From the NCBI GenBank assembly GCA_043228905.1, contig JBHGNT010000007.1:16554001-16618000 (forward strand): DNA of 64,000 nt, written 5' to 3'. The translations under genes were made by a program, and so were the position numbers. This DNA is from Azolla caroliniana. Taxonomy: Eukaryota; Plantae; Polypodiophyta. The notes under the pieces were generated by a model. It saw only the letters and a program-made list of their open reading frames with translations. It made no database searches and had not been told where the DNA came from. Every line of letters starts with the position of its first letter. Within the stretch, counting starts at the first letter, position 1. Shown in pieces: positions 1-13,340 of the stretch.

Positions 1-232
1 ACGAGCTCGGGTTTGGTGCACTCGGCTGAAATTGTGATTTCAAAGTACATCCATACCAGATCAGGTTCTATCATTCTGTGATTGTATTTCATCTTATCTC
101 TTAGTGGAAATTTCTGTTCACCATGGTTTTTCCTTGAAAGTAGGGTTTTCCATGTAAATCGGGTGTTGTCTGTTTTCGTTCATTTTGTGACTCTATATAT
201 TTGTGGTTTGTGTCTGACTGTAAAATTTAACA
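1..232 (+). mobile_element. 3' end of an LTR (Copia-like), truncated by the window start
   Basis: U5-like run (ggttttccttgaaagtagggttttccatgtaaatcgggtg) ending ...AATTTAACA at 232. No PBS follows, so it is a 3' or solo LTR. It resembles the reverse complement of 42060-42140. Confidence 0.4.
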
Positions 233-308
233 GAAAGAAACAATTCAAAAGAAAGAAGGCCTAAGAAAGACAGAAGAGACAGACATAGATTGCATGTATG
301 TATGTATG

Positions 309-586
309 CATAGTATGAACCATACATGCATTCGCATTTGCGAATGATTGAACCATTCGCGAAAGATAAACACCCTCAAAGAATGATAAATACCATACTT
401 TTGGATTAACTACTTATTATGAGGTAAATAAACCTAAAAAAGGGGAAAAAGGAAAGAAAAAAAACCTTTAAAAAATGCGAAAGAAACCCCAAAAAAACGC
501 AAGAATGTTTCAATAACATTCGCATTCGTTTTCCAACGTTGGAAAACGAATCTTATGCTAGATGAACATGAATTTTACATACTATG
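309..586. mobile_element. Non-autonomous hAT-type MITE
   Basis: TIRs CATAGTATG (309-317) / CATACTATG (578-586), flanked by 8-bp TATGTATG on both sides (301-308, 587-594), with internal cattcgc/gcgaatg subterminal motifs. Confidence 0.6.
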
Positions 587-1959
587 TATGTATGTATGTA
601 TGTGTGTATCCATGCATGCATGTGTCTATTTGCACCTAAATCATAAAGAGGCCTGCTGAGCACGATCTAGATAAAAAAAATATGCGAATAAAAAAACTGT
701 CGAAAACTAGCTATGAGACTATGACACCTGCTGTCACCTGACTACTCGTGACTCACTCGACTCTCACAAAGCAAGAGTTGTATTCAAATCAGTCACCCGA
801 CCAACTTAGAGGCAAGACACCCAACTCGAATGCACACATCAAAAACTACCCAAAATGTAAGTCTTAAATTTTCTTTTTCACATCAGACCATAGACAATAT
901 GCGGTCAATATGCATCATTTCCACCAAAATCTTCCAATTACATTGAACTTAAAAATCAAAAACTCAAATTTTAAAATAACAAATCAACTTAAGACAAAAT
1001 GAAAACTTAAAAGTTAAAAGCTAAAATAATAAACCAGCTCAAAACTTAAAATTTAGACAAACTTAAAACTTAAACCTTCAAATGACAAATCAACTTAAGA
1101 CTTAACAATTTTCCCACCACAAAACATTCTATGCATCAAAAATTACACAAAACAAAAGTTCCTAAACTAAGATGATGAAAACTAAAGCCAAGATTATGGC
1201 TCATGTGGGGATGATGGCAAGATGCAGCAACAATTCTGGCAGCAATTAGCATTGAAGTCCGTTGATGTCAAGGTCAAGCCATTGCAATACAAGCATTGAA
1301 GCTTCTCCCTCTCACATATTTTAAAAATAAAAAAAAACATATCCTTCCATTAGTTAAAAAAACCATATCAGCTACAAAATACAGAATGATGGAAAGGAGA
1401 TGATTATCCTTCCCCAACCCGTCTTGTGTAAGACACTAGCTAGCCATGAATCCTTCTTTTGATAGACTTGATTGAACACTTCTTCAATAATTGAAACATA
1501 CCGTGAATTTGCCATATGTTCAAACCAAATCAATGTTCCTCATCATGTTTATATTCAACATCTCCCAATACCACCTTTGGGTCATCACATGCATCCAATA
1601 TACCCCCACATTTACAAATTATGACCAAGCATCCTCTATTTTCCATATTTAACGTAAAACTCAATCAAAGAATTATGGTATAGAGGTCATTTTGTATGTC
1701 TCGATCCATGATTCCAACATGTATAAACATGCCGTCATGTACAACCATGTGATCAATACCCACTTTAAGGGATCTTAACCCTTCGAACAGTTTATATGCA
1801 TCTGATAACCTTCCACATGTTGCCTGCAAATCAACAATGCTTCACGACACCATCCATGACATAAAAAGAAACGGACTTCTTTCGAATGCATACATTAGAG
1901 CATCCCCCTCCACCTATCTCAATGAATCCATAACAGTTAACATATCCCCATGTTTCATA

Positions 1960-2554
1960 TCGGTGGAGGAAATACCCAGAGAGGTGGCTGATACCTCTAT
2001 CGTATACAAGAATTAACCATGTAAAATACATTCATCCTTTTCCATGTCTTCTTAAAAACCTCTTTCTTTCAAAGAACTACATCAAGGTCATACTCTCCTT
2101 TTAGTGTAAGCACCAAGGTCAACCAAATCTCCTTAACTACATCCACAACATTCCATTGAATTTGTTGAAATATCCTTTGACATCTACTAGTCCACAAAAC
2201 CCACATCGTTATGGAATTAATAGTCTCCCAAACCACCCCATTTTGTATTGAATTACTATGCATACATGACAACACTTCCTCAACATATCGACCTCTTGTA
2301 TGTAATGCAAAGGTAACCTTTTCTTGTTCATAATCTTGTACCTTACCCTTAATAGCAACCCACATCACTGCTCCCCATTTATATACTCTAGAGCCATATA
2401 CATCATGCAATAAACGTAATATCCTTTTCCAAACCAATTTAGCTGTCATACATGACCATAATAGGTGATGAAGAGACTCCATCTCTAATCCACAAAAATC
2501 ACACATTTTATCTACATCCTTACAATGCATCCTAACCCTAACAGGAACAAACAA
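1960..2554 (-). mobile_element. L1-type LINE ORF2 C-terminal fragment (zf-RVT)
   Basis: ORF 2069-2554 contains CDFCGLEMESLHHLLWSC (Cx2C...Hx4C) and WVLWTSRCQRIF. A downstream frame reads PPLWVFPPP, typical of plant L1 ORF2 ends. Confidence 0.75.
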
Positions 2555-2799
2555 CCGCGTAATATCTCCCTCTCACATATTGGCAACCGCCTCTTAGTCT
2601 AACTTGCACCTCTCTACGGTTTTCCAGTGTTTTGCACGCGTTTGGGGAGTTATCAATAAGTTCTTGCAAGATGTTGACCGTTGCTCCTATTTTCGCACCA
2701 ATTTGTTGTTTTCGATTTATGGATCAGTTGTCTTCTTTATTAGTTGATTTCAGTGCACCAGTGAAATATACCTTCTCAGTCAGTTCTTCTAATGTTTGT

Positions 2800-4700
2800 A
2801 TACATTCCAAAATAGTTGCATGGTCGAAGGATCCTAATCCTTGTGTGACACATTAAATATTTTCCTCGGTTGTTTGTATTTTGGACCTCCATGATTCCAT
2901 CTCTGATGTTGTAGGTTTTGTCTCCTCCATTGGTTCTACCTCTGCCTCCACTTCAATTTCTGTGATATGGTCCATTCGCATTTTGGCTACGTGATCTATA
3001 AAAGGAAACAACCCACATAGGCTTGGCATGTGCCTCTCAATAATGATCCGGATTACGAGTAAATGCTTACATTTACTCACAAGGTCTTGGCAATCACAAT
3101 TTGAGCATTGGAGTTAGACGTTATATCATAGAGTGGGAGTCGTCGTGCTCAATATTCAAAACCAATATCAAACTTCATCCACAATATGCACTATGGAAGT
3201 ATTAGTGACATACCTTTCGAGTATCATCTTGGCCTCTTTAAGTCTTGACCTTTGATCCCTACAATTTGCACAGGGTGCAAAACTAACATTCTCACATATT
3301 TCTTGCCTTTGCTTGTACCATTCTATGATGGTCCCTTTGATGCATATGCAACTTTCATTGTCCCCAATTAAAACATGCACAAGATCGGTATTTGATTGAT
3401 TTATTCTTCCTCTCAAGGCAATATACTTGATAAAATGTCAATGTCTTTCCACAATCTTGGTAGTATCAACATGTCCATAGTTGAACATTATACCAAACAT
3501 GGGCCAAAATTTCCTCCACACACATGTCAAGCCACACCATCCTCTTTCAATATATTGTTGAACCTTTAACTCCTCACACATCGCATTGAATGTTGATTCT
3601 GTAATGCAATGCATGAGTTGGCACATCCGTTGGTAAAGATGATTTCTCTCAACTACACTTACTTTTGGCAACAAGTTGTGCACCCATAATTTTTTGGCGT
3701 GGAGTTGACACAACAAAAGTCGACAATGTGTTTGTGATTGTAGTCTATTTGCAATAGTCCACGATTGACGGTTTGCTACAACCACATTACTTATGGCATT
3801 ATATGATGTCCAACATTTATCGATCATTATCGTATTTGGCCTCATCTTGGGCATTCTAGCTAATATAACTCTCAAGCAAGTTTTTAACGTGTCCTGCTCA
3901 TGGTTTGACACCTTATCAAAACTACAAATCATGTACCATAACGGAAACCCCATTCCCATTGCATTTGGGGCAACAATTGCATATAACTTAAGGGATTCTA
4001 GCTCGATCACTTCTATGGGTCTAGCCTTGTTATTTTTCATGACACTTGTTTCCCCCATTTCGGTTGTTGTTTCCTTCGACACAACTTGGCAATCACAATG
4101 GTCAACTAGTTCTTTCACATATGCACTAGGGATGACATGATCACGAAGATCAATCGCCGAATGTCTCGTTAACTTTGTAAGAGTACTCCACAATGGGTGA
4201 TGGGATGTGCCACCATGTGACGCCAAAATTACTTCCCCCCAATTTTCTACGTAAGTAACTTGAAGATTAGGCGATTCCTTAAGATAGATTGAACTCTCAT
4301 TTCCCAACACGAATCGACTCTTCATGCGCCTCCATGCATGGAGATTGAGAGGTGCACCCCTTGCGACGTCGTTTAATGTTTCAAACATTACCTTAAGTTG
4401 TCCCGATAAATCTTTAACTGTGATCAAACGTGTACATCTTGAACTTTATGAAGAATGCATGACGCTCATCAAAAAGTTCATCAATTGATACCAGTGAATA
4501 ACGAGTTGTCAGTCGGCTTCACTAGGACATTTGCATATGAAACTTGTACATCTGCAAATGAAGTGAGTACTATAGAAAAGTACAGTGTATCATGGCATCA
4601 CTTGTGTCATTGGCAATTGCAACAATGTGTGTGGGAGATCGCTCCACAAATCTCCCTGAAGGAAAGACAAATATGAGATGTAGACAACTTCTTGTCGGTT
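2800..4700 (-). mobile_element. Degenerate Mutator/MULE transposase with SWIM zinc finger
   Basis: ORF 3438-4427 has IMIDKC...LLLCQLHAKK and TTKIVERH (MULE DDE-region motifs). About 3060-3110 reads CSNCDCQDLVSKCKHLL (SWIM CxCxnCxH). The gene is broken by stops and frameshifts. Confidence 0.7.
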
Positions 4701-6473
4701 TGTCTAATATCCTTCCCGATCTATATTTTATCTCAAGTTCACTACACTAAGGTATAGGGGCCCAATGCTAGTTCCCACTTTACACACATGACCTCACGAC
4801 AATGTTGAACGTCGAACCTACAACTCGGCAACCATTGCCCTTGAGCCTAGAACTTACACATGGGAGACAATTTTATCTCCCTTTTCCCGGTTATCCCGCC
4901 TAATACCACTTATGTTCCCCAAATAATCCTCGCCAACAAAAATGATAATATATTTAAGTGATGTAATTCAAGTACACCCCCTAAATAAAATAATACAAAT
5001 ACACATGCACATGCACATACAATTTGTTCACACACTAACCTCACAATAACACACATTATTTTCCCCTCTCACCACTCACTTATGTTCCCTTGAAACACTT
5101 GAACCTAAAGGAAAAGAGAAGGGTGGGGATTTATGTTCCGCAAATACCTCTCCTTCACAAACAAAATACATAAATAGTTAAAAACTATTTCCTAAAGTCC
5201 ACTCTAATTTCCTCGTAAAATCTAACATTTAAACATATACTCACACATTTACGAGCACACATTCACACCTACTTGCAAGCACTCTTAACTCTTCAAAACA
5301 CTCAAATGAACACAATGCCACACATGTACACATAAGCTATTTTCACATATCAACATCACATAATCTCGAATATTCATATTTAGGCACATAAAGTTTAAAA
5401 TGCCTACATATGTGACCTCAACATAGACACACACATAGCATCCACAAACATGAAAACATATACATGCACATTTCTCATATGCATTCACAAATTTTGGTGC
5501 ATCTATCTACGTAATCAAACCACACTACACATAGAAGGGTGAATTGCATAAAGTGTGCACCAACAAGTGCACTCTTGTTGATCAAGAAAGGTAAACTCCG
5601 TAATCCTTCATTGACAATACCATCGTCAAAGCCATCTTCCTTGGTTCAAGTCCCCAATGGTATTGCATAACATTGTTCGCCGCGAGAACAGTTTGGTTGC
5701 CTGCTCAAACTCATGAGTAAATGTAAGACCCACATTTCTTGGTAGGTGACAACACAACTCTAGGGAGAGTTAATGTTTTTTTACTTAAAATTTCATTTCT
5801 TTAATGGTTTAATATATTTTAAAATTGTTGTAGCTTTTTTTTTTTAAGTATAATTGTTTTAATTACAATTTTGTTTTAGATTTGTGATTAGATGGTTGGA
5901 TTTGGTTCAACTTTTCGTTGAACGCTTTAGATTTACATTTCCCTCAACAATTTGGTTTAAATGGTTTGGTGGATCTTAAATAATTTGGTTTGGTATTTGT
6001 TACATTGAAGGCTTTGGTTTAGCTCCAAGGCGAAGAATCAAAACAAACCGAAATTGAGTTGAGCCCATAGCGACATGTGTGTGTTTTGAATGTCCTACAG
6101 TTACGTTACCAAACATAAACCCTTTCATCTAGTCTATGGGCATGCTAGTTAAAATGTTATTCCCTAACTTATGTATCATATAGTAGGTAACCCCCTTTGC
6201 AAATTGCCTCTATAACCTTGAAAGGCTTTGGATGTTGTCTTGCCCTGGGTTAATGGTGTGAAACCACCTCAAGACCAAGGATAGGTTGAAGTTGCAAAAG
6301 AGAACATAATAGCTAGTCAAACACTATACACAAGTAAAAGTAATTGAGAGGACAAAATTTGAACCTACATCAATTGTATAAAGTAAAACAATACTTCCCT
6401 CATAATTTTTTTTGATAAAAATACATTAATTAGGAATACTTAAGTGCAAGCTAAAATATGTAGATCAAGTTAC

Positions 6474-7370
6474 AATGATTTGGTTTGGTTTGGTGGGTGA
6501 ATGGTTTGGTTAAAACGGTTTTATGGTTTTTAATATTAAAATTGTTTTTAAATAACCTTTTTATTTTTAAGCCTAATTGTTAGGAAAAATCTAAATTTTA
6601 AAGTTTTGAAAATTTAAAATTTGAAATAATAAAAAATTTAAAATTTAACACCTGAGTTGATAAAACCAATAGCGAACCATGGAACCGCGAAGATTTTAAT
6701 GGTTTTTGTGTTCAAATTTGGAATGGGTTCAATTTCAAAAAGCGGTTCGGGTTCGATAGTCTGGAACCGATGAGGTGAAAAGCAATACCGAACCATGGAA
6801 CTGCGATTTTAGAAATTAAAAATCCAAAATTGAACACAAAAAGAGCCATTTCTAAAATCGTCGCGGTTCCATGGCTCTCGGTATTGCTTTTCAACTCATC
6901 GGTTCTAGACTATGTCAAACCCCGAACCGCTTTCTGAAACTGAACCATTCCAAATTGGAACACAAAAAAAAGCCATTTCTAAAATCGTCGTGGTTCCATG
7001 GCTCTCGTCTCTCGGTATTATTGCTTTTCAACTTATCGGTTCCAGACCGTCAAACCCGAACCGTGATTTTAGAAATGGGTTTGACAATCTGGAACCGATG
7101 GATGGCGAGACCGATTATTTTGTTTGTTGGTTGGTTGGTTGGTTTCAGACCTAAAAAGGTGTCGGGTTTGTGGTTGGGGGGAGGCTGCGGTGGACAGTGA
7201 GCTGCGCTGAGAGGATGGTCAGCAGGGGTGCTTGGGAAGCCTCCCACTTCAAGGCGACACAGACGACGACGCCTTTCTTGTAGGGCGGCGGCGGCCGCCA
7301 CTCTCTGCCGCCGCCTGCCGGGCTGCCGGGGGGGCCTCTTCTTCAGCGCAGCCACCGCCTACAACCCCAT
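6474..7370. mobile_element. AACCG/GGTT-rich MITE or foldback remnant with internal inverted repeats and a GC-rich right end
   Basis: The left part resembles the reverse complement of the 42796-43236 MITE. A ~130 bp unit is repeated in inverted and direct orientation across 6660-7105. The element ends in ...CAACCCCATG abutting (TATG)n. Confidence 0.5.
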
Positions 7371-7409
7371 GTATGTATGTATGTATGTATGTATGTATGT
7401 ATGTATGTA
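7371..7409. repeat. (TATG)n microsatellite
   Basis: About 10 consecutive TATG units. Confidence 0.95.
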
Positions 7410-7777
7410 TAATAACCCACTCCATAGCTTTAGTTGGCCTTTTATGTAGTCACTAGTTTGGGAGGTATGGGGATCATAGTTGGCATTTGACTTAATGCTT
7501 GAGTCATGCTTGGTCACTAGAAGTCTGATAGCAATGCTACTGCTTTTCCCCCCACCCCAATGCTTTTTGTGTTCCCATGTAGGTTGGGGTCAAAACTTTC
7601 ATTTGTATGGTTTCTGCCCACAGTGTTGGCTATGTTTATGGAAACCAAAAATAGGTCGCACTTTTTGCCTGCATCAAAATTGACATCACCTATGGTAGGA
7701 AGAGTTTACGTGACGAATGCCAACACTTAATTAAAACCTTCATTGGAGAAATTTAATGAAAAGGTAGCTACAAACGT

Positions 7778-8799
7778 TGTGGATGACTAGACTACAGTGA
7801 GAGAGGAAAAAGTCTTCTTGTGAAGAATGTGGAGGTTTCCAATAAATGGAAGTAAAAGTTAACGTGTGGAAGTGTATAAGACAAATCAGCTTAGTTGGGT
7901 AGCAATAGACTATAGAGAAGAGAGGTTTAATGGAAACCTTACACATAGAGAATATATTGTGTACACGAGAGAGAGAGAGAGAGAGAGAGAGCAACAAAAC
8001 TATATTACAAAAAAAACAACTCTATATACACTATGTACATTCAACATGCTTAACAACACTATTTATACAAGTCCTCACAAGGACTGACAAAAGTATTATG
8101 TACTTCAATGCTCATACGAGTGGCTGACACTAACTATGAGACAATAACTACTAAGTAGTCTAGGAGTATAGGCCACTACTAGCCTTCTAATTCACACTCG
8201 AATTCGGCTCTCCGATCCGTCTTCCCGATCTGGCTCTTGGTTTCGGATACAATCGTTATGGATGTGATCCGGATACCAATCCGGCTTTGGCTTATCCAAC
8301 CAACTGGATCCGGTTGAGCTTCCGCACTCAACATATAGCATCGGTTTCTTGTTAGCGTTACTAATTGCACCGTGTTTTGGATCAACCTCGACTATTTACC
8401 CTCTCGTGATAGAAGAAGTCGAGTCGACGGCTTCACTTGCACTCCTTCACCTGTTGTTCCAGTTCCTGTTGTAGACTGCACATGGTGATTCATGCCCGTT
8501 CGGGTTTCAGTTCGAATTCCAAGTGAGGACCACACATAGTCACTCGCTTCCAATTCCTAATGAGGACCACACATGATCGCTCACGCCCGTTCATGTTGCA
8601 GTTCTCGGTGAGGACCGCATGGTCGCTAACGTCCGTTCATGATCCAGTTCCCAATGAGGACTGCATAGTCGCTCATGCCCGTTCATGTTCCAGTTCTCAG
8701 TGAGGACGTCGCTCACGTTTGTTGGTGTTCGTGTCTCCAATGAGGACAACACATGGTTTCGCACATATGATGGTGCTCCAATTCCCACTCACCCCTACA
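7778..8799 (-). mobile_element. LTR-like remnant with internal ~40-47 bp tandem repeats
   Basis: TGT...ACA-bounded stretch with a (GA)n tract and six gaggac...tcgctcacg...gttcatgttccagtt units at ~8520-8760. No target-site duplication found. Confidence 0.35.
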
Positions 8800-10277
8800 C
8801 CACGCTTTCAAAAAGGTGAACGTAAAAGGGAGGATAATGTCACGACACAATGACATGAAATATATAGTTGGTGAGAAGTGAACCTACTACGTCATATCAA
8901 CATGATCAATCATTTTGATATGAGAGCAATACAGTTGTGTATAATAGCTTAGTATTCTATAGTCTAATATATAATAGATTTCGGAAGCGGAAAGACCCAA
9001 GCATATATTTCGCCTATTTTTTTAAATTATTGAAGAAACATGGAGTTTGATGTGCTGGAAACCGATATAAGCACAAATGAATTAAACTTTGCTAATGCCT
9101 AAGAATTTGCTCTTATACTCTTATGCTTTGTAAACAAGATGCAAGCAATGGGAAATGCCCTATGTGATACTAAGGGAGCATCACTATTGAAAATATCTGT
9201 TGTTTCAGGAGGTGGTTAGGGTACAGGGATGGCAAATTTCTCTGGTTTCTGATGAAGCATACAGATATGCTTTTTTTATCGTAGGGTTTTTGAGATATGT
9301 TCGGATTGAAAGAAAATGAAAAAAAAAAACAGGATGTTGTATCAGCAACATCAAATTCCACAAGTGATAGTGTAGACTTCAGGCCTTGGATAGAGTGTTC
9401 AAATGCTCTGAAACAATCAATGAAGAAGCCAGATCTGATCCTGAAGATAATATGAATAGATGGTTTGGAGGAAGAATGTGAATCTAGCCAGCTAGAAGAA
9501 GGTGAAGAAAGTATGAAACATTAGGACAAGAGAAGGAAAGGTTGGTAGAGGTCTAGGAAAACTCAAATATGAATCCCAAATAGCCTAGTCTAGTTTGTCC
9601 AATGGGATAATGTGAATACATCCATTAATGATTATATGATTGTATTCGACAGTAGTATGGGTCCAGTTTTAGGTAAGATGATCACTCGCTAAATTGAATA
9701 TGCCACATATAAGTCTTTGCCACATATGATCACTCGCTAAATTCAAGGTGCTAATAGGGCATATAAATTGTGTGCTTCTTAGATGTGTTAAACACTAAAT
9801 GCCAACTTTCCATCCAAATGTGGGTCATGATGGAGAGTATGACCTCCATGTTGCTCCGAAATGTCAATAAACATGCTTGTTTGCTTGCATGTGCATGCTC
9901 AAACATGAGCATTTGTCAAAGGTTATTATCTCATCGAGGATGACCATTTGTTAGCTCAAAAAATTAGGCACTACAAAGTATGCATAGCCTTGTTATGATC
10001 TTATTAGATGTTTACAAACGATATTAAGACAATAAAATATAATTTGGACAAAATTCAATAGTTTGAGGGAACATGTTATATAAATAAACAAACAATGTAT
10101 TCATATTGCTAGGGTTTCATAGTACTTATCACAAAAACACATAATTTTGAGTTGTTTGAATGTAAGTTGATTGTTCCATGGTAAAAGTGCCAAATAAAAA
10201 TATCATGGTTAAAAACATCTTCACACATCACCACCATATTTCTTGACTATCTGTTATACATCACAAAGACGATCTTT

Positions 10278-12528
10278 TCAATGACGACGCAATATGGGAA
10301 TGATCATTAAAGGCTCCTTGCGTGAAATCGTAGTGATACGTTTCTCGGACATATCAATGTCCTTGCCATGGGGCAATCTCCAATCAAATCTGTAAAGCAT
10401 GTTGCTTAATGTTAGCTCTATAATACTTAATGCCAAATGGTAACCTGGGCAACCACGTCTACCGACTCCAAAAGGTAAGAATTCAAAGTTTTTTACATGC
10501 ACATCTACAGGGTTGTTTTCGTTCAAGAATCTTTCTGGCATGAACTCATGAGGATTAACCCAAATTCTATTGTCTCGAGTTATGGCCCAAACATTGATAA
10601 ACAAGCATGTGTCCTTTGGTATGTTATAGCCTCCAACTTGGCAAGATTGTGTAGATTTATGAGGAATAAGGGTGGGTAATGGTATGTGCAAACGTAATGT
10701 TTCATTCACCGCGGCTCGAAGGTATGGCAACTTGTCAAGATGTGATTGTTCTACCATCTCTTGACAATCTAGTTTATCCAACTCCTCTTGTAACTTTTGC
10801 AAGCAAGTTGGATGCTTTAAAATTTCAGCCATTGCCCAATCAATTGTTGTGCTAGTTGACTCGAGTGTAAGAGTAATAGCTTCCTAGCCAAAAAAATTTA
10901 AGAACATTAAGATCATGGGTGTGCAAGCTAATAGGTTATGAGAGAAATGTGAAGTTCATAAATGGTTCCAATATAATGCACAATGCAAGGAAATGTATCA
11001 CATTCTTCAATAACAAAAGAAATTAAGTAAATAATGAGCGAATACTATTGTATTATTAATTGAGAATAAAGTAATGCAATTTCTTCCGAAATATTGGACA
11101 TTCTTAAATCAAATGCTTTTCTATCACCAAATAGAGTAACGAGGCTTACGAACAAGATGTTTTTGATTTCTTTGCGTGTCATCCAGTTGGTTGCCATAAT
11201 ATTGTCAAGAAAGTCTTTTTGTGTTGGGAGAGAATTCATTTGGTTGCATTGTTCACGTTCGTCTAAAAGTTCTTCAAGCAATATGTCAAAAGATCCACGC
11301 AATTCGCTCATCAAGTGCTTGGCCTTCTTGTCCATAAATCGCAAGGATGGGATCCAAGTAGAAACTAGACGTAGGGTAATTACACTTGATGTAGCAATTA
11401 TGAGATCTTTCAAACTCTTTCCTCCAAGCCGAAAACTAACTAACTCGGAAGCACGTTTGCTTATCATAAGACGACACGCAATGTTCTCAACTATGGTTGT
11501 GATAATGTTCGTAAGGTCGACAGGAGAGCCAAAGTGAGCATGTTGAATAAGATTGTCAATGCAAATTTGGACTTCCTCTTGAATGATGGGGCCAAAAAGG
11601 TGAACCTGGGAGAATAACATAGTGCCAAACATAGACACAAACAAACACACACACAAAAGATAATTAATGAGTTGAACCATAATTAAGGTGCACCATGTAT
11701 GTGTGTATACAAACACACACATATTTTGTGAACCTAGGATATTAGCTAACACATGAAAGTTAATTAAAAGGGACTAAACTTTAATCGATCTAAATATATT
11801 AAAGTTTAGCATATTTTCAAGAGAAATCATTGTGCAATCTACGAACAACAATGAAATGAGATATTTATTTCATTGTTCTTGTAGATGACACAATGATTTC
11901 TCTTTGAAAAGCTAGGTTTCATGGGTGGTTATATAATATCCAAGAGACATTAATACACTCTCTTTCACACGAACACAAGCAGTGTATTGTGTATTGTTGA
12001 GACTGCTTGATGAAGTTCTGGAGTCTTACGGTCTACTGAGACGGTTATTCAATGAAATGTGAAGGAATCTCAAACCTTTTGAGGCCGAAGGGCATGGAGG
12101 ATGCACATCTTCCTTAGATCTCTCCATTTGGGGCCATATTTGCCAAAGGCCACAGATAACTCTGAGCCGTAAAACAAGTAGTTGGCGATCTCAAGGGGTG
12201 GCCGACTTGCAAATGTTTCATCATGAACACGGAGACATTCAATGGCCAATTGCGGATTCGAGACGATGATGGAGTGGATAGTCCCAAGACGAAGGTAGAG
12301 AATGGGGCCATATTTGTATGAGAGTCTAGTGAAGGAATGGTGGAGAAATTCATTTGGATGAATCACTAGCTCAAGAAGGTTTCCTAGGAAGGGTAAGGGC
12401 AAGGGTCCTGGGGGTAGAACATCTCTCAAGCTCCACATCATGCGAGTAATCTTGCCATGCACATATAGCCATCCAAGCACCACGATCAATGAGGAAATCA
12501 TCATGTAAAAGAAAGTCATTCCAAACAT
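10278..12528 (-). CDS. Cytochrome P450, CYP71 clan (A-type), 3 exons (12528-12076, 11605-11150, 10883-10278), 504 aa
   Basis: N-terminal TM anchor, PPGPLPLPFLGNL hinge, WxxxR, ETLR, PERF and FGVGRRGCPG heme loop. GT-AG introns are both phase 0, and exon lengths 453+456+606 nt give an open frame. Confidence 0.93.
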
Positions 12529-13294
12529 CTTCTCCTCCCTCTCTCTCTCTCTCTCTATGTTTCTCTACCACTCCCAACAACTCACCCTCTTATTGTACCA
12601 TCCACGTATTAGGATAGTGAAATTTGACTTTTAACGTGATGATAAGATTTGATGGCTTTTAGTAATGATTTTATCTTGCACAAGCCATACTACCAAAAAT
12701 TAAGTCTCCATAACTTTAGATATATACATGGTGGATTATTGTTGCTATTTATTTTGTTGACTTTATGCTATTGCACTCCATTTTAGTTGGAGTCAAGGAG
12801 ACATAGTCTTGATGCACATTAAGATAGTTTATGAGTATTACATATTAAACATATTTTTTTATCTTTTGGTCTCTCTCTACACCATGTTTTGTAGGACCAA
12901 CATTCACAAACAGTTCTAGATACAAATTACTTGGAAAAGACAATTAAGTGAAAACTGGAATTAGAACCATAAGATTGATAAAATGCTTAAGAAAATTGAA
13001 ACTGGAGAGTGGAAACATTGTCTCCATAATGTTGTACAGATTGTAAAGCATTGCTTTCTGCATATAAGTAAATGATGGGGAATTATCAGATGTGTGAGAT
13101 TGTGAGTTATTGCTTGAAATTTTGAACATGGGAACTTAGTGATTTACATTGAGAAAATAAGTTCATGCAAAGGAATTCCTCTCAAACAACAATGGAGTGA
13201 GCCTCACTTTACAATAAAATTTGAAGAAAACATTTCCTCAAGTGTCATGTCATGATGTGGTGTATGTGAAGGGAGGAAAGTGCCAAAAGCCAAG

Positions 13295-13295
<1 letters not shown>

Positions 13296-13336
<41 letters not shown>
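13296..13336. repeat. (TA)n microsatellite
   Basis: About 20 TA units. Confidence 0.95.

Positions 13337-13340
<4 letters not shown>

Noticed and set aside
7050-7456. Arg/Ala/Pro-rich ORFs in a GC-rich patch
   Set aside because: They are low-complexity translations of a TE end and a TATG microsatellite, with no recognisable domain or splice structure.
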